Source: Glaucostegus cemiculus | Lineage: Eukaryota | Length of the DNA stretch: 64,000 nucleotides | Reading direction: 5' to 3' | Assembly: GCA_976551045.1 (NCBI GenBank) | Contig: CDPCPM010000026.1 | Coordinates: forward strand, 23,188,001 to 23,252,000 | In this document: piece by piece, positions 13,056 to 27,948 of the stretch | Layout: the number at the start of each line of letters is the position of its first letter | How positions within the stretch are numbered: position 1 is the first letter of the stretch | Notes under the pieces: model-generated | The model's input: the letters and a program-made list of their open reading frames with translations, nothing else | Database searches by the model: none | What the model was told of the DNA's origin: nothing | Program-made: the position numbers and the translations under genes

Positions 13056-13848
13056 TGATATTGTTGAAGTTACCATTGCCTTGTAGAAAGTTCAGCTAAT
13101 AGCTAACGCAAATAGTATGAAAAGATCCATTACATGCCTTTGGATTTGTAAACTAACCATCTTTGCCTTATTAACCATAAGAACTATGAGGGACTCTTGA
13201 AGATTAAGGCTGTAAACCTAAATCCTGTTGTGCAGTGATAACCTGGATTGGTCTGAGGGCAGAAGTTAAGGGGAGATTTAATGGCTTTAATTTTTGAATC
13301 TCTTGAATGATTAAATAAGGAGAAGTCATTTACTTTTCAGGACTGCTGGGACACAAGGGATTCTGAAATTAATTAATTGGTGGAGAGTATATTAGGAGTT
13401 TTTTTAAACACAACAGATTGTTAAGATCCGGAATTCAGAGTACAGTATGGGGGTTGTGTTCCTAGCAAAGGGTACGTATCACGAGTTTCTTTAACATGAA
13501 ACCACGTCACCTGTGCATGGGTCAAGGAACAAGAGATGAATAAGGGTAAATTTTATGTTTATTGTTTTCACAGGGGAACAAATTCTATTCCATTTATCAA
13601 ATTTTTGGGTAGTGATTTGTGAATTCTCTCAGGGCGAATTTCCATTACCACGTATTGTGGGAGTCACCTGTAGTGGAAACAGATTTAAAGAAATGTTCAT
13701 AAGAGAAATTGATATATTGGAGAATTGGAAACATTTGTGAGGGAGGAGGACCAACTTAATATCTTAAAGAGCCAGCACAAACATATAAGCAAATGGCTTC
13801 CTTTCTGTGCATGCAGAAACATTCCTTTCTCCATGCAGAACACATGTT

Positions 13849-14439
<591 letters not shown>

Positions 14440-17400
14440 TAAGATGCATCTCCAGTGCTGATATTAGTTCAATAGTAAAAAATATCCTGCAGACCAAGCG
14501 ATCTTGTAAATTTTATCTGTCTCTTTTTTTTTGGTATATGTCCCTTACCCTGAAGTATTAATACTAACAAAGCCATACAATATATCATGTATATAACTTG
14601 ATAGCTGGTACTCGCAGAAGAACCACTTCTACTAATGTTGACGCAGAAACTGGTCTCTTTTTAATGGGCCAATCGCTATGAACTTGCATTTGTGGTAAAA
14701 CTGGTGTACCCAACATGCCCACAGATTACTCCACACACAGCTCACACTGAAAGCTGGCCTTTGCATCTTCAAACACTTTGCTGCAACCTAAGGTGGTCCA
14801 ACATGCCCATTGGTCTGGACTTTACACTCATCTTCCTGGGTTACATGGGAATGCAAAAGAAATCTCCCAAGCATCCATGAAGATCAAGTCACCCTCTAGG
14901 CCTCAGGATTATTCCAGTCTGCATGCACTGATGCATGCAACATCTCAGAGTTTACTGATCATTTCTCCGTTAGGTTCTTGACACATTCCACTCAACCAGA
15001 GCAGCCCACCTGCCTGTAGTCCAGAGGGTGCATGCGGAGTGGGAACATGCATTTACCTTCAATACAGGCCGTTCGGAGACTGCACTGTTATCCTACGAGA
15101 AACGTCCCTGACTGTAACTGGAGGTTCTCTGTAGTTCCTTCGAACAAAATACATGCCTCCTCTTGTGATGTTGTGTTCCACCAGCCCCTTGAGGTTCCTG
15201 TCAGTAAACATAGCAACAGTCGTTTTGCCCTCAGGAGTCACTGGGATGGCAATGATGAAGTGAAAGGGTCCGTTGGCTGGAAGATGCTGGTTGTTTGGTG
15301 TGCTTGCACCTTTAAGTGCTGACTAATGAGTATACAGCTGTGTGTCAAGGTACTGTCCTTAGTGAGAAATTCAATCAGTAATGCCCACAGTTCCTGAAAC
15401 AGAGAGGCCTTGCAACAAGGAGCCCAACAGTGCTGTTTTTCAACCAGCATTAATGAACTTCGTAAACTTTTGAGAGGCCAGAGATCCACACAACAACATT
15501 TTAATACCCAGACAAATGGCACAGATGTATTTCTAGGCCCAAGTTTCTATCTGGCCAAGTGGAATTTGGAGGTTTTGTTTTACTCCGGTAAAGTGCACTC
15601 CTACACATAAACAAAAGAGAAATATGTCCGTCAATGACAGTACAAAATCGCACAGCCACAGAATGGAAGTCTTTTGACTGTTCCATATAAATTTAATGGT
15701 TGAAATTTTATGGTTTAAACTATGAAGCATATGATTAAATCTTGCCATCTAAGTTAACAAGGGTCTCGTGCTACAGGATTAGTCAATGTGCTGAATTTTG
15801 GAGTATATAAACTCCATATATAACTGTCGAAGTATTACGTTTCCCAGTTTCTTCTGTTGTTATTGGCAACATTGCAATGCAGTTGGCTCAGAGTTTGTCG
15901 AGAACCAGAATAAAATATACCCTGGTGGAACTTTAGTTTCATTTTCCTTGGCATTGAAATGGTAAGAATATTTATAAATTGGAAGAGATTGATTTGCTCT
16001 TTCCTGCATAATTGTATGTAGCTTGACCACAGTTGAGTCAACTGTGCAGAGAACATCTCAAAATGATTTCTATAAAAAAATTGTTCTGTAGAAATTATTT
16101 TGAATTATGTTTTGAAGATAAAGTAGAGCAATACTGCTACAAATGACAATGGCTAAGACAAGAATCTTGGCGTTAATTTTCAAATTTTGAAACAGACAAC
16201 TGTAGGAAGGAAACCATTAATAATTAGACCCTCAGTTGGCAGTGTCACTGAAGGGTGCCAAAAGAGTGAGTGTTTCTTAGAGAATGGGCTTAAAGTATAA
16301 CTTTGCGGTAGTGCAGTAAGTCTTTTAATATTTATCCAGCCCATGCTATGCTTGATGTGGAACTATTTGATACTAACACTGAATGCAAAACACAGAAATG
16401 TTGCTTTCTGATACTTGACGAATGCAAATGCAAAATGTGCAACTGTTAATTCTGATTCAGTATATTATATATTATTTTGGAAGATTTAATTACATTTCTG
16501 TTGTGAAACATGTAATAGAGAAACAGCAGCTCCTATATGCTTCCTAATTAAAAGACAAGTGACAGTATCATGCTGGTTTTGTTCCATTCTACCAACTGGT
16601 GTACTTGAATGTCCTATAACAAATTTTAGATTGTGAGTTCTACAAGGCCAATGGCAAAGTGGTAGGTAGAGGAGTGACAGTGTAAAAGGTGTCCTTTAAA
16701 ATAATTTAATTAACCTCCTCTGTAATTAACCTACAATTCCCCTATCAGTATTTTAAGGAGGCATGGAGTGGCACTAATTTTGCTACTCTGTGTGCCAGAA
16801 GTTCTGTTACCTAGGGGCATTGCAGATTCTGTTATTTTCTAGAGTAATAGTTCCAGTATTTATGGGAATTGTGATATCTGATGAGCCTCCTTTCACAATG
16901 GGTTTATGAGGAAAATATTTTCTCTCTTTATTTTAATGAGTAAATTAAACCAATATTTTATGGTGTCAGGAGACTAAAGCTCGCATTAATTGAGAAGTGA
17001 GTTTCTTTTGAATAAATTTGTATGATTAAGCATAATGCAATGTGGATAACTTCAAAATATTGGCATGTATTTAATCATGTGGTAAGGGAATTGGAAGGAA
17101 GTGATCCTAGATAGCATGCATTTATTTGACATATATTCTGAACATAAAACGTGTTTGGTTCTCCTAATATTCAAAATTGCAGAGAATATACAGTAAAGGT
17201 TGCTTTAAGAACAATAGCCTTATGCACATATCCCTTAAGCCTACTTTAGAATGATTCTTAGTGTAAAACACACAAGTAGAGAGGAAAATTGCTCCAAAAG
17301 TAAAATAAAATTGCAAAACCCAACTCATCACAGTTGGACAGTGAAATAAGAATGTAATTATTGCATTTCTTAATGTGATTTCTTGACATAGTTAACTATT

Positions 17401-20400
17401 GCTATTTTACAAATACTGCTGAAAAGATCTTTATTGTGTGCCTAGTCCTTCATCTAGTGAACATCCTGATTTAAAATCATTAATGTTTACTGAACAATTT
17501 AATAGCTTAAATGGCATTGAATTGAAACTGAACACCATATAATCTCTGGAAGCTGTGCTATTTTGTGAAACTTATCACACGTCATTGACGTGAGTGTTTC
17601 AGTAGACTGTTAGAAAAATAACTGCAGGGATGACTTTTCCAAGTAAATTCATGCAGTCGTTAGTTTCTTAATTAAATATGAAATAATTTTTGTGTAACTG
17701 TTTTTTTCAAAGTTGTGTGCAAGATTTTGAGCACAATTTGAAGAGGTTCTGGAATCAGTGCAGTTTGTGTAATTATGGAAATTTGACTGAGGGAGATGGC
17801 CAGTTTTAAGGATGGGCCAGATGCGGTTGAATCAAATCTTTAACCATGAGTGTAATGGATTGCAGTAAACACAAGCAGTTAGGCTCCTGTTTTTAATCCT
17901 CTTGTTTTTAAATTTCCTACTCTTGTGCATTAGTCTGCTGATTCCACATGGATTGTGTTATTCTATTTAGAGAGAAATTCTTTTTCTTCTAAAAGAAATT
18001 ATTTTCAAAGAAAATCTTCCCTTTTATAGATGGCCTCCATAGATTCTACTCTAACGATGAGGCTTAAAGCTGTATATATTCCATAACTGGTATCCTCACT
18101 TCATCTCACTCCACATTGAGATAGTTACCTGAGGTGACAAAATTCGCTCATACCTGCCTCTAGCACGTTACAGCTAATACTGGTTGAAGCTGATTTAGAA
18201 CACCATTATGTTGCTAATATGCTGTGTTGATCCAAAAAGAAATAGAATTGTGCCCTTGGCCTTGTATAATGAAAAGGGAAAATGTGCCTTGAGCATATAA
18301 CATAAATAGGTTAGCATACACTTGGCAACAAATTACCAGTTGAATTTGTGATAGCAAAAAAATCCTGAAAATAATGCCCACTTTGCAATCATGATTTAAA
18401 AACATTAACAGAAGTAAGATTTGTGTGAATACATTTGTACTCTGTACAATTAGAAAATTTATTTGGTAAGCTATGGTGGAATAACAATCGATGGAGTTCA
18501 TCAGTGGTTCCTCTTTGGTGAGCAGTGAATGGCTACAAGTTTTGACTTGAATAAGACTATTTTTTCTCAGGTCTCTGCATCATTTATAAAACATAATAGT
18601 AATTCATTTAATGCCTCTCTTCCTGGAGTGCGACACAAATGACTACCTGCGTGTTGCTACCAAAAATTGATTGGATTAGTTAATTTGCCGATGTAGTCAA
18701 AGTGTAATCTCTTAAACAATGTGCAACACAAAATGAAATTGGTTGCATGGTGATTCTTTTTTTTCCTATACTTTAACCTTTAGTCTCTGCAAATTTTGTC
18801 AAAGCTAATGTTCCTGATAGATTGAGAAAATAATTTGGATTGTCACTGTTTCTGAAAGCATGTAACCCTCTTGTTTAAGGCTGGTTTTCACCTCCTCACC
18901 AAGAGGTATTTCCTTTTCACTTTCCCAACAAGCAGTAACTTGTCTTGTGAACAACTATAGCAACAAGACCAGATCCAGTCCAGCCTGCTGGGGTAAATGT
19001 CGGGTTAAATTTCTCTTAAGTAGGTCCATAATTAATTTTACAACTACAGATCTGACCTGTTCCCCTATACCTTGTTCTATCTGTTGTGTTAATCCATGCT
19101 TTCATACAAATAGTACCGGACATTTAGGACAAAGCATCTTGGTTGGTCATTGATAAGAATACTTGCAAAATAGTGCAACCAAGATGAAACCTTGCATTGA
19201 CTGCCAACAAAAATCACAGTTGTTCTGCACACAATTTTTCTTCATTAGAACTGATATCATCATAATATAGAATATCTTACAATTTATATACCAAATTTAC
19301 AACAGATATATATTTTTGATGTGCTATTTACATGGAACTGTGCACTTTGCCCATGGATTGTAAAGTCTTATAAAGGACAAGCCCATTAGGAGGAGGTATG
19401 TATCATTTTTCTGGTTCCTGTGTGTAGTCAAACAAGCACAATCACAAGTATGAGAAATGACATGTGTGATTGCACCACTTCTGTTCAAAATGTCCGTTGT
19501 AACATGAAGGACCCTATTAATGTACATTACAGGAAGAGAAACTTTTGTTGGGCTCCTGAACAGACTTATTTTGAAATGTCCTAGCAAGGTGGTGAATTGG
19601 TGTAATTGAAGTCATCAGCCATATGCAGTGGCACCACATTTTACAAAGGTTCTGCATGTATGAATACTCATTTGTTGCTGAGATGAGTAATTCTATACGT
19701 TACAAAACAAAATGCAATGAATGCTTGAAATCTGAAGTTCAGTCAGAAAATGCTGGAAAAGTTTAGACAGCATCTGTGAAGAGAAACTTGGTTTAGGTTT
19801 CAGGTCAATTTTTTTGCATTTTCTGCTTTTATTGCTATATATTACATGTGGGCAGAAAGATATATTTTCAACTCCAACTATCATAAGTTTATGTATTATT
19901 AACAAATATTGTACATGACTTTGGGCTACTCATTGGTCACTCTTAAGTACAGATAAGTGATATGGAAAGGGTTTTGGCCTGAAATGTACCAGAATTTTAG
20001 AATTTCTCATCCCACCTTCACAAGGAATGATGGTCTGTGTGAGAGTTTAGAAATGGTGCATGGACTAAAGAAGAATCTCAGTATAAGGGCCATTTGCAAG
20101 GTAATGGGTACATGGAACAGGTTGCATTCACTTAAAGACGAGAATTGTGATGGAGTTCACAAAAGTTGCTTGGATTTTAAAAATATATGTTGTAAGGATT
20201 ATAAAAATTGTTTGTAAAACCCAGTAATGTGCAGCAAATATGGAGGCAAGAAACAGTGTCTGTTGCCTACTAAGTTTCTAATTATTTCTCTGGATGTGGT
20301 CATGGCTAATCGGCTTATTCCACACTGCCAGTCTCCTTGAGAAGATAGTGAAGATAATAGACTATCTTGAGCTTCGATAACAGCTTGATGTTGAATGGCT

Positions 20401-23154
20401 TACTAATGCTAGGCCATATCATGAATACTTGAGCAAAACAGAAGTCAGGACAGATATGCCTGACCATTAAAACACAGTAGGCTTCCTTCTTAATGGAAGA
20501 TGACACAATAGCTGGCACAATACTCTAGTCTGCTGGATAGTAAAGGGAAGATGGAACAGAATAATATGTTAATAAGGTGACTGGTCCTGCTTGCCACTTC
20601 AAGGAACCTTGTCCTTAGAAAAGCATAGCCGCATGTCTGAAAGGAGGTGGGGAAAAAGGAAGATACAGATGAAGATCCCTGTGATCAGAGGGTGCACATG
20701 AGCTGCCAGCTGTTTCCTGATCCAACACCTCTTGAGCCAGTTTGTGGCCATTTCTAGTTGACCCATCATGTCTGTGTGGGCTCACACCTAAAGTCATCCA
20801 AAATGAATCATGCTCTCTTTTTAATCTGAAACTTCACCTGCTTCCAACTTTTGTAATAATTTTTTTGCTTTACCATTGCAAAGGCCTCTGCCTGAACAAT
20901 TTCTTCTGTGCTTTATAAACAACTGTTAGAGCATGAAGGATAAAGTTATTGAATACACCTTTCAGTTTGTAAATATGTCTGGGAAAACTGTCAGCTGATG
21001 GATGCATTTGGTGAAAAGTCATCCCCAGTTCCAGTGAAAGATTGTCAAGCTGTAACTAACTGTTTCTCTATCGAAGCTGTCTGCACTGCTGAGTATTTTC
21101 AAAATTCTCTACTTAATTTTGGTCCAGTGCAGCAAAGATTCCAACCTTCGGCTTTCATTTTAAGTTGCCTCTGTGTGGTTAAACCCACAGCCAGCAGGGA
21201 ATAGAAATAAAGGCCTTGTGAAACTAAAGATTACAACTGTTGAGAAGAGCTTATTGCTGGCAGAGATCCCACTGAAGGAAAGGTTTAACCCTGAAATATG
21301 AACACATAAATTGGTACTTTGCCAATGGTCAAAGCTCCAAATACTGATTACAATGGCTGAATAGAGTAGTTTCTATTTGTAATAAGTAGGTCTAGGTCAG
21401 TGATGATGTGAACCCATGGTAATCCCAAGGTACTACTGAAGTCATCCAACTGTGTGGTGGTGATCCCAGCATCAAAAGAGTTTCAGGTTTCCCATTCTTT
21501 AATTCATGCATATCAGCACTGAGGTTTCCCAATCAAAGCCAATTTTATTTGGCACTGATGTTCACAAGAAACAGAAATGTACTGATTTTATGTTTCAAGG
21601 CTCCAAGCATAAGTCTAATGTGCAAATTCCTGTCAAGATGAGATTCATTAATTAAAACAGATTTTGATTCCTATTGTGGGTCTTGATTTCTTAAGCTGTT
21701 CATAAAATGACTAAGATAATACAATTTAAATGCACACTTGCTTGAGGTCTCACTGGATGAAATCCAGTTGTCAAAATGCCAAAGGGTTCAGCTATCAATA
21801 ATATTTAAATCATGACGATCTGCACAAGTCACTAATGTGTCTAATTCACTATGACATCTCCCATACTTTGCTTGGCTTTAACCTGCAGTTGAAGGAAAAT
21901 TGTAGGGCAATCTGGGACTTTTATATCATCTTTGTTCATGTCGGCAAAGCTTGAGCGATAGGTTTCTCTCAGGCAAGGCTGGGTGAGCTCATAATGTTTT
22001 CGTCCCATTTTTCAATAGCCAAGGATAAATCACAACCATTCAAATATACTCCAGAAATTAATCATAATAAATTTTTCTCATTAATGGACATCATTTTAAT
22101 GTCTGTTGAAGACTGAATCTCAGTGAGAACCTTGCTCAAGCTAGTAGGCTGCCCTTGGATATTGGGGATGATGAACAATCACATTAGTTCTGAATAATGA
22201 ATTCTTGCGTTACGACTTTCATGGGATGACTGGTTCAGTTTTATAGTCACTATTTTACCTGTCAGTATTTCACTTATGAATATTGAAGAACTCCACAACT
22301 GATGGAGGGAATGCTATTGAGGCAGTTGAAGTATGATAATCTGTCGAATGTCTGCTGGACCATGCTTAACCATGGTGCTTGAAGTCTGCGCTAGCTCAGG
22401 TCCATCCCCTGCATTTGTGTACCACTGTTGTCACCTCTTTGGTGGTCCTGTTCTGGTGAAGGGAGATTAATACTGAGGGATTGCGATGCAGGAGTCTGAG
22501 GTGTTAGCTGACAGGTATAATTCTATGATTCTGGTTATGCCACCCTGTGGCTTAACTAATCCATGATGCTGCTCTTCCATTTCAGGCTTGGGTTCCCCAG
22601 ATGTTTCCAAGGAGGACATTGTTAGGTATAAGGGGCTGGATGTAGGATAGTCATGTTTGAATGTAGAGCCTAGGTAAGTCCCAAGTGGCTTATTTGTTTT
22701 TTTGTTGTCTATTATATTCTGTGATAATGGTCTAATTCAACTGAGTAGTTTGCTAGGCCATTTCAGAGGAAAGGCCTTTAACACAATTCCCAGGACGGAG
22801 ACTTACAACATCTTGTAGGGAGTTGACTGTCCACAGAGGATTTTTGAGAGAAAATAAAGACAACTATTCAGTATGACCATAAAGCATCTTCTGATGTGAG
22901 TATGAAGAATGTTTGTTCCAAGTGCCTATTGGCTTTGGCAGCTTCCCAGTTCTTCTCAGTTTTATTTTCTAAAACAATTAACTTGGCTACGAATTAAATT
23001 AAAGGTGGATGACAAATTCTTCATTGTCATTGATTTCAGAGCAAAGGACTCAGCACTCAACTCACTACTTGAAATTTGCCCTTTGCGTGTGATACTGCAT
23101 TTGTCTCTAAACCGCTTCAATGAATTGCAGGTGTGGTGAGGATTACTTTGATTC

Positions 23155-23672
23155 ATACACTCTGTCCTCGAGCCTGGTGGTGCATGTTTTCAAGCTTTTG
23201 TATCTTCTGCCTCATGGAAGGGCAGAGAAGAGAGAATATGCACAATGGCAGGGATCTTTGATTCTGTTGGCTGCATTCCCAAGGCAGCAGGAAGTGTAGA
23301 CAGAGTCCATGGAGGGGAGGTTGGTTTTTGTGATAGACTGAGCTGTGTCCACAACTCTCTGCAATTTCTTGCAGTTTTGGGCAGAGCAGTTGCCTTACCA
23401 ACCTGCGATACATCTGGGTCTGATGCTTTCTATGGTGCGTCTGTAAAAATTGGCCAGGGTCAACAGGGACATGCTGAATTTCCTTAGCCTTCTAAGGAAG
23501 TACAGGTGCTGATGTGCTTTTTTGGCCATGGTATCACTGTGGTTGGACCAGGACAAGCTATTGGTGATGGTTACACCTAGGAACTTGAAGCTCTCAATCA
23601 TCTCCACATCAACACCATTGATACATACAGGGGCATGTGTTCCACCCACTTCCTGAAGTCAATGCCCAGCTC
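23155..23672 (-). mobile_element. Rex1/Babar-type LINE fragment
   Basis: ORF 23395..23649 PVCINGVDVEMIESFKFLGVTITNSLSWS...KKAHQHLYFLRRLRKF. Confidence 0.88.
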
Positions 23673-23679
23673 ATGTGCC

Positions 23680-24080
23680 TCACAGGCAGCTAATTCTGAA
23701 CACAAAGGTATCTGTCTACAGACTGCCTTCATAATCCTCCTAAGCATGAGCAGAGTTTGAACAGCTTTCATTTTTGCATCTCGGAAAAGCCCTTGGAATG
23801 ACTTGGCATGAATGAATTACCAACAAAAAGATCCTCGGGAGAACTATCCAGACTAACTTCACAGGCATCACTAGCTAGGACAGATGGAGCACTTGCCTCA
23901 AGATCATTTCCAAATGCTGTACTTAATGGGTGACTCAAGAAACACACATGTTGCAAAGGAAGGAAAAAAATTGGATATAGTGACAGGGTCGCAAGAAATT
24001 CCCACTAACAACTGGGAGAACTTTGCCCACAACCACTCAGTCTGAAGGAGCGAAGTCAAGGCTGATTAGGTCACTGCAAA
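23680..24080 (+). mobile_element. Decayed RTE LINE C-terminal fragment
   Basis: Translates NSFHF...LGMTWHE*ITNKKILGR, like the RTE motif ILGITWxDRITNxEVL. Confidence 0.5.
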
Positions 24081-25524
24081 GAGTCACCAGCAACTTCAGG
24101 GTAAGACCAAGATTCAAGTCAGGGAGCAGCGAATGACCCAGCATTCAACTGATGAGCAGACCTATAGGCACTATGCAAAGGTTTGCCCTGATGTTCTTCT
24201 TCCTCAGAGACTATGTTTAATCTGCCTTTAACTGTCAAGATGGTGGAGACCCTCTAATGCCAAAGGGGTCTGGAGTCACATATAGGTCAGAGTGGGTAAG
24301 GATAGCAGAATTCCTTCACAAAGGTACGTTAGAAAACCAAGCGAGTTTTGACAATGATCCGGTGGTTTCATGGTCATCATTAATAATGCCCAGTTTTTAT
24401 TACAGATTACTTAATTAGCAGAGTTTGAATTACCCAGCTGTTGTGGGATTTGAACTTCTATTTCCAGATCATTAAGCCAGGCCTCTGAAATACTTGTCCA
24501 GTAACATAACGCATTGCTATCATTCCCTTATTAAGAGTTTATTTTCTCAGCTGTGTTCATCTCTTTTTTTGTTCTGTAGATATATCCTGTGAGTTATGGT
24601 GTGTATGTTGTTACTCAATTCAAACAGTTAAGAGTTCTTACCTAGCAACAGTATACAGCATGCTGACTTGATGCATAGCCAAATGCTTTCGTCTGATCAT
24701 TTACCCCAAAATTTTGGCAGAGGAAAAATATGCAGAAATTAATACAAGAAGGAGCTGTAAAGATCACAGTGGTTTTGTCATATTGTGTGCTATGAATTTT
24801 CTGCAAGCTAGTCTGAATTAATTAATTAATTCACATTCCAAGATCCATTAAATTTGTTTCTTTGGCTAGGTGGTTCCAATGTTTAATAGTTAACTTTGTC
24901 AGTCCTTTGTTTCACACAGTGATTTGATTAATGATCACCAGTCACTGCAATCTAAGAATTTAAGAATGATTGGAGATATAATGATTAAGTATTAACAAAC
25001 TTAGGAAGTTTTTGGCTTAATTTTACTGCAAATATTTTTCTAATGAATGCAACTGATTTCCCATGAGTTGTTTGGCATGGCTTTTATGTTAGTTCTTTCA
25101 GTTTATGCTGGTTAATATATATTGAATTCAACTGGGAATGACATTTAATTAAAGATTTTAAAAAGGAGAAAGGAAAAGCTGAGTTCGTAAATTGAAAGGA
25201 CCACTGACGTTATGTTTTTCATCCATTTTTCAGTAACTTTATGATTGGTTACTAAATCATAGGATCTATAATCTAATTGTAACTGTATCCACTTTGTATA
25301 CTGATTTCACTGGTTGGTCCTGACATTGTTATGAAGTGATCTGGTCAAAGAATAAATTTTGAAAGAACTGCCAAATTCCTTTGGTATTAGATGTTTAAGG
25401 CCAATAACTCATGCTGGTATTTTGATGTTAAATCATTTTTGTTTTACTGATTTAGCACCTTAGGATTTCTGACAGATTGTGACGCTGCCAAACTGATCTT
25501 ATAGTGATACTTGGTGGAGCTTGA

Positions 25525-25740
<216 letters not shown>

Positions 25741-25948
25741 TGACCATTGTATATGGAGAAATAGAATTCATAATATAATAATCATTTATGAAGGTTCAGA
25801 GTAAAATTATTTATTTTTCCAAATTAATAGGACATTGAGTTTCAAGAAGCATTATTAATTCATTGGTATTTATGACATTTAAAACTGCTTAGATCCAGAG
25901 TAGTATAACCACATTATTTAGCTATTTTTATCACATAACTGCTTTTAG

Positions 25949-26137
<189 letters not shown>

Positions 26138-26481
26138 TAATGATACATGACTCATCAGAATGATTAGGCTTTAAACCAGCTTCTTGTCACCTTCTTCTAG
26201 GCATGAATGTGTTTTGTGAAAGTTATTTTTATGGTGGGCAATGTCTTCATAAAATTATTTGACAAATTTACTTGTTGTGCAAACATTGCAATGCAATGGA
26301 ACGCTAGTGATCTGAAACTTTTCCTTAAAGTTGAATAACATGTTTATGATCATTTAAATTCATAGTTATGCTTCCAGAATCAAGATGTCATTTACAGATG
26401 TCTTTTGATGTAGGCTGTCTTTTAAAGTGTCATACATATTCTTCAAAACTCAGGCTCATAGAGCAGGTTGTACATTTGACA

Positions 26482-27117
26482 GTTAAGAAGGCTTATGGGA
26501 TGTTAGCTTTTATAAATCGTGGGATTGAGTTCAAGAGCAGAGAGGTGATGATGCTGCTTTACAAAACTCTAGTTAGGCCGCACTTAGAATATTGCGTTCA
26601 GTTCTGGTCGCCGCATTATAGGAAGGATGTGGAGGCGTTGGAGAGGGTACAGAGGCGATTTACCAGGATGATGCCTGGATTAGAGGGTATGGAATATGAG
26701 GAGAGGCTTAAGGTGCTAGGGCTCTACTCGTTGGAGAGGAGGAGGATGAGAGGGGACTTGATAGAGGTGTATAAGATATTGAGGGGAATAGATAGAGTTG
26801 ACAGACAGCGCCTCTTTCCCAGAGCGCAGATGCACAAGACAAGAGGGCATGGCTTTAAGATATTAGGTGGAAAGTTTAGGGGAGATGTCAGAGGGAAGTT
26901 TTTCACCCAGAGAGTGGTTGGCACATGGAATGCGCTGTCTGGGGTGGTATTAGAGGCAGATACATTGGACAACTTCAAGAGATTGTTAGATAGGCACATG
27001 GAAAAATGTGGAATAGTAGGATATGTGGGAGGAAAGAGTTAGATTGTGAGACATTTGAAAGATGGCACAACTTGGTGGGCTGAAGGGCCTGTTTTGTGCT
27101 GTATTGTTCTATGGTTC
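26482..27117 (+). mobile_element. Young CR1-type LINE 3' end with an uninterrupted ORF2 C-terminus
   Basis: VKKAYGMLAFINRGIEFKSREVM...LYKTLVRPHLEYCVQFWSP...FFTQRVV..WN.L; 3' tail gtgctgtattgttctatggttct. Confidence 0.93.
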
Positions 27118-27130
27118 TTAAATGCTGCAG

Positions 27131-27948
27131 AAATAAAATACTGCAGATGCTAGAAATCTGAAATAAAAACAGAAACTCCTGGTAATATTCAGCAGGTCAG
27201 GCAGAATCTGTGGAGAGAGGTGAAATGCTATTGAACTGATTGTGATCACTTCTGGTGGTGGTTCTGATTGGACCTGCTGGCATTCAGCAGTTGAAACTGA
27301 AGTCCTGGACCTCTGCACAGTGTTGTGAATTTTGGAATTCTGGGACTTACTGGGAGAAGGCTGAACTAAGTTCACTGCCACTATACATGCTGTGGAGCCG
27401 AGTGACAGACCCTGGTCTGGTTGAGACTCACAGCATTACACTGGGACCAGCTTCTTGGATCCTGCATCAGAACCGGTACAAGGCACAAAACCTCATTCAT
27501 TTCAATATAGGACGGATTTTGGAGGCAAAGGGAAACTGTTACATTTTAAAAAATCTACTTTAGTTTAATGTTTTTAATTATGTAAAGCTTTTATGCATTT
27601 TTAGTTAAGACTTTGAAATATTTTTTGTTTTGTTTTTAAATTGTTACTTTAAGAGAGATGTTATCAAAAATCAATGACAGCTTTTACAGATGGCAAAATC
27701 TTGCCCCTAAGTTTTGATGAATGTCAAAGGTGATTGGGGTATTTTGGGTCCTTCTTACTGCACCATCCAGACACACTGTGAACTCTGTCTGGAGTGCAGA
27801 GGGTCCAAGTAAGCATAAGCTTGGAGGAACTGTGGATGGTGATTCAGGGTGGGGAAGTGGATCCAGTCCATTTAAATCCCTTACTTTCTTTTTGCTCTCT
27901 ACAGATTTTGCCTAACCTGCTGAGTATTTCCAGTATTTACTACTTTTA
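27131..27948. mobile_element. Inverted pair of Penelope-like terminal repeats (27131-27220 and about 27893-27948)
   Basis: ctggtaatattcagcaggtcaggcagaatctgtggagag pairs with ctctctacagattttgcctaacctgctgagtatttccag. Confidence 0.6.

Noticed and set aside
21400-21439. C/D-box snoRNA-like motifs (GTGATGA...CTGA)
   Set aside because: The span is too short, there is no convincing terminal stem or recognisable rRNA guide, and the surroundings look like decayed repeat.
24149-24200. CTGATGA as a hammerhead core
   Set aside because: No GAAA follows at a suitable distance and there are no supporting stems.
26368-27042. The 224-aa ORF as a gene or an exonised CMIP-CR1 fusion
   Set aside because: The first 38 or so codons are intronic read-through into a CR1 fragment. 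Splicing exon 25981-26085 to the AG at 26481-26482 gives AGT TAA, an immediate stop rather than a fusion.
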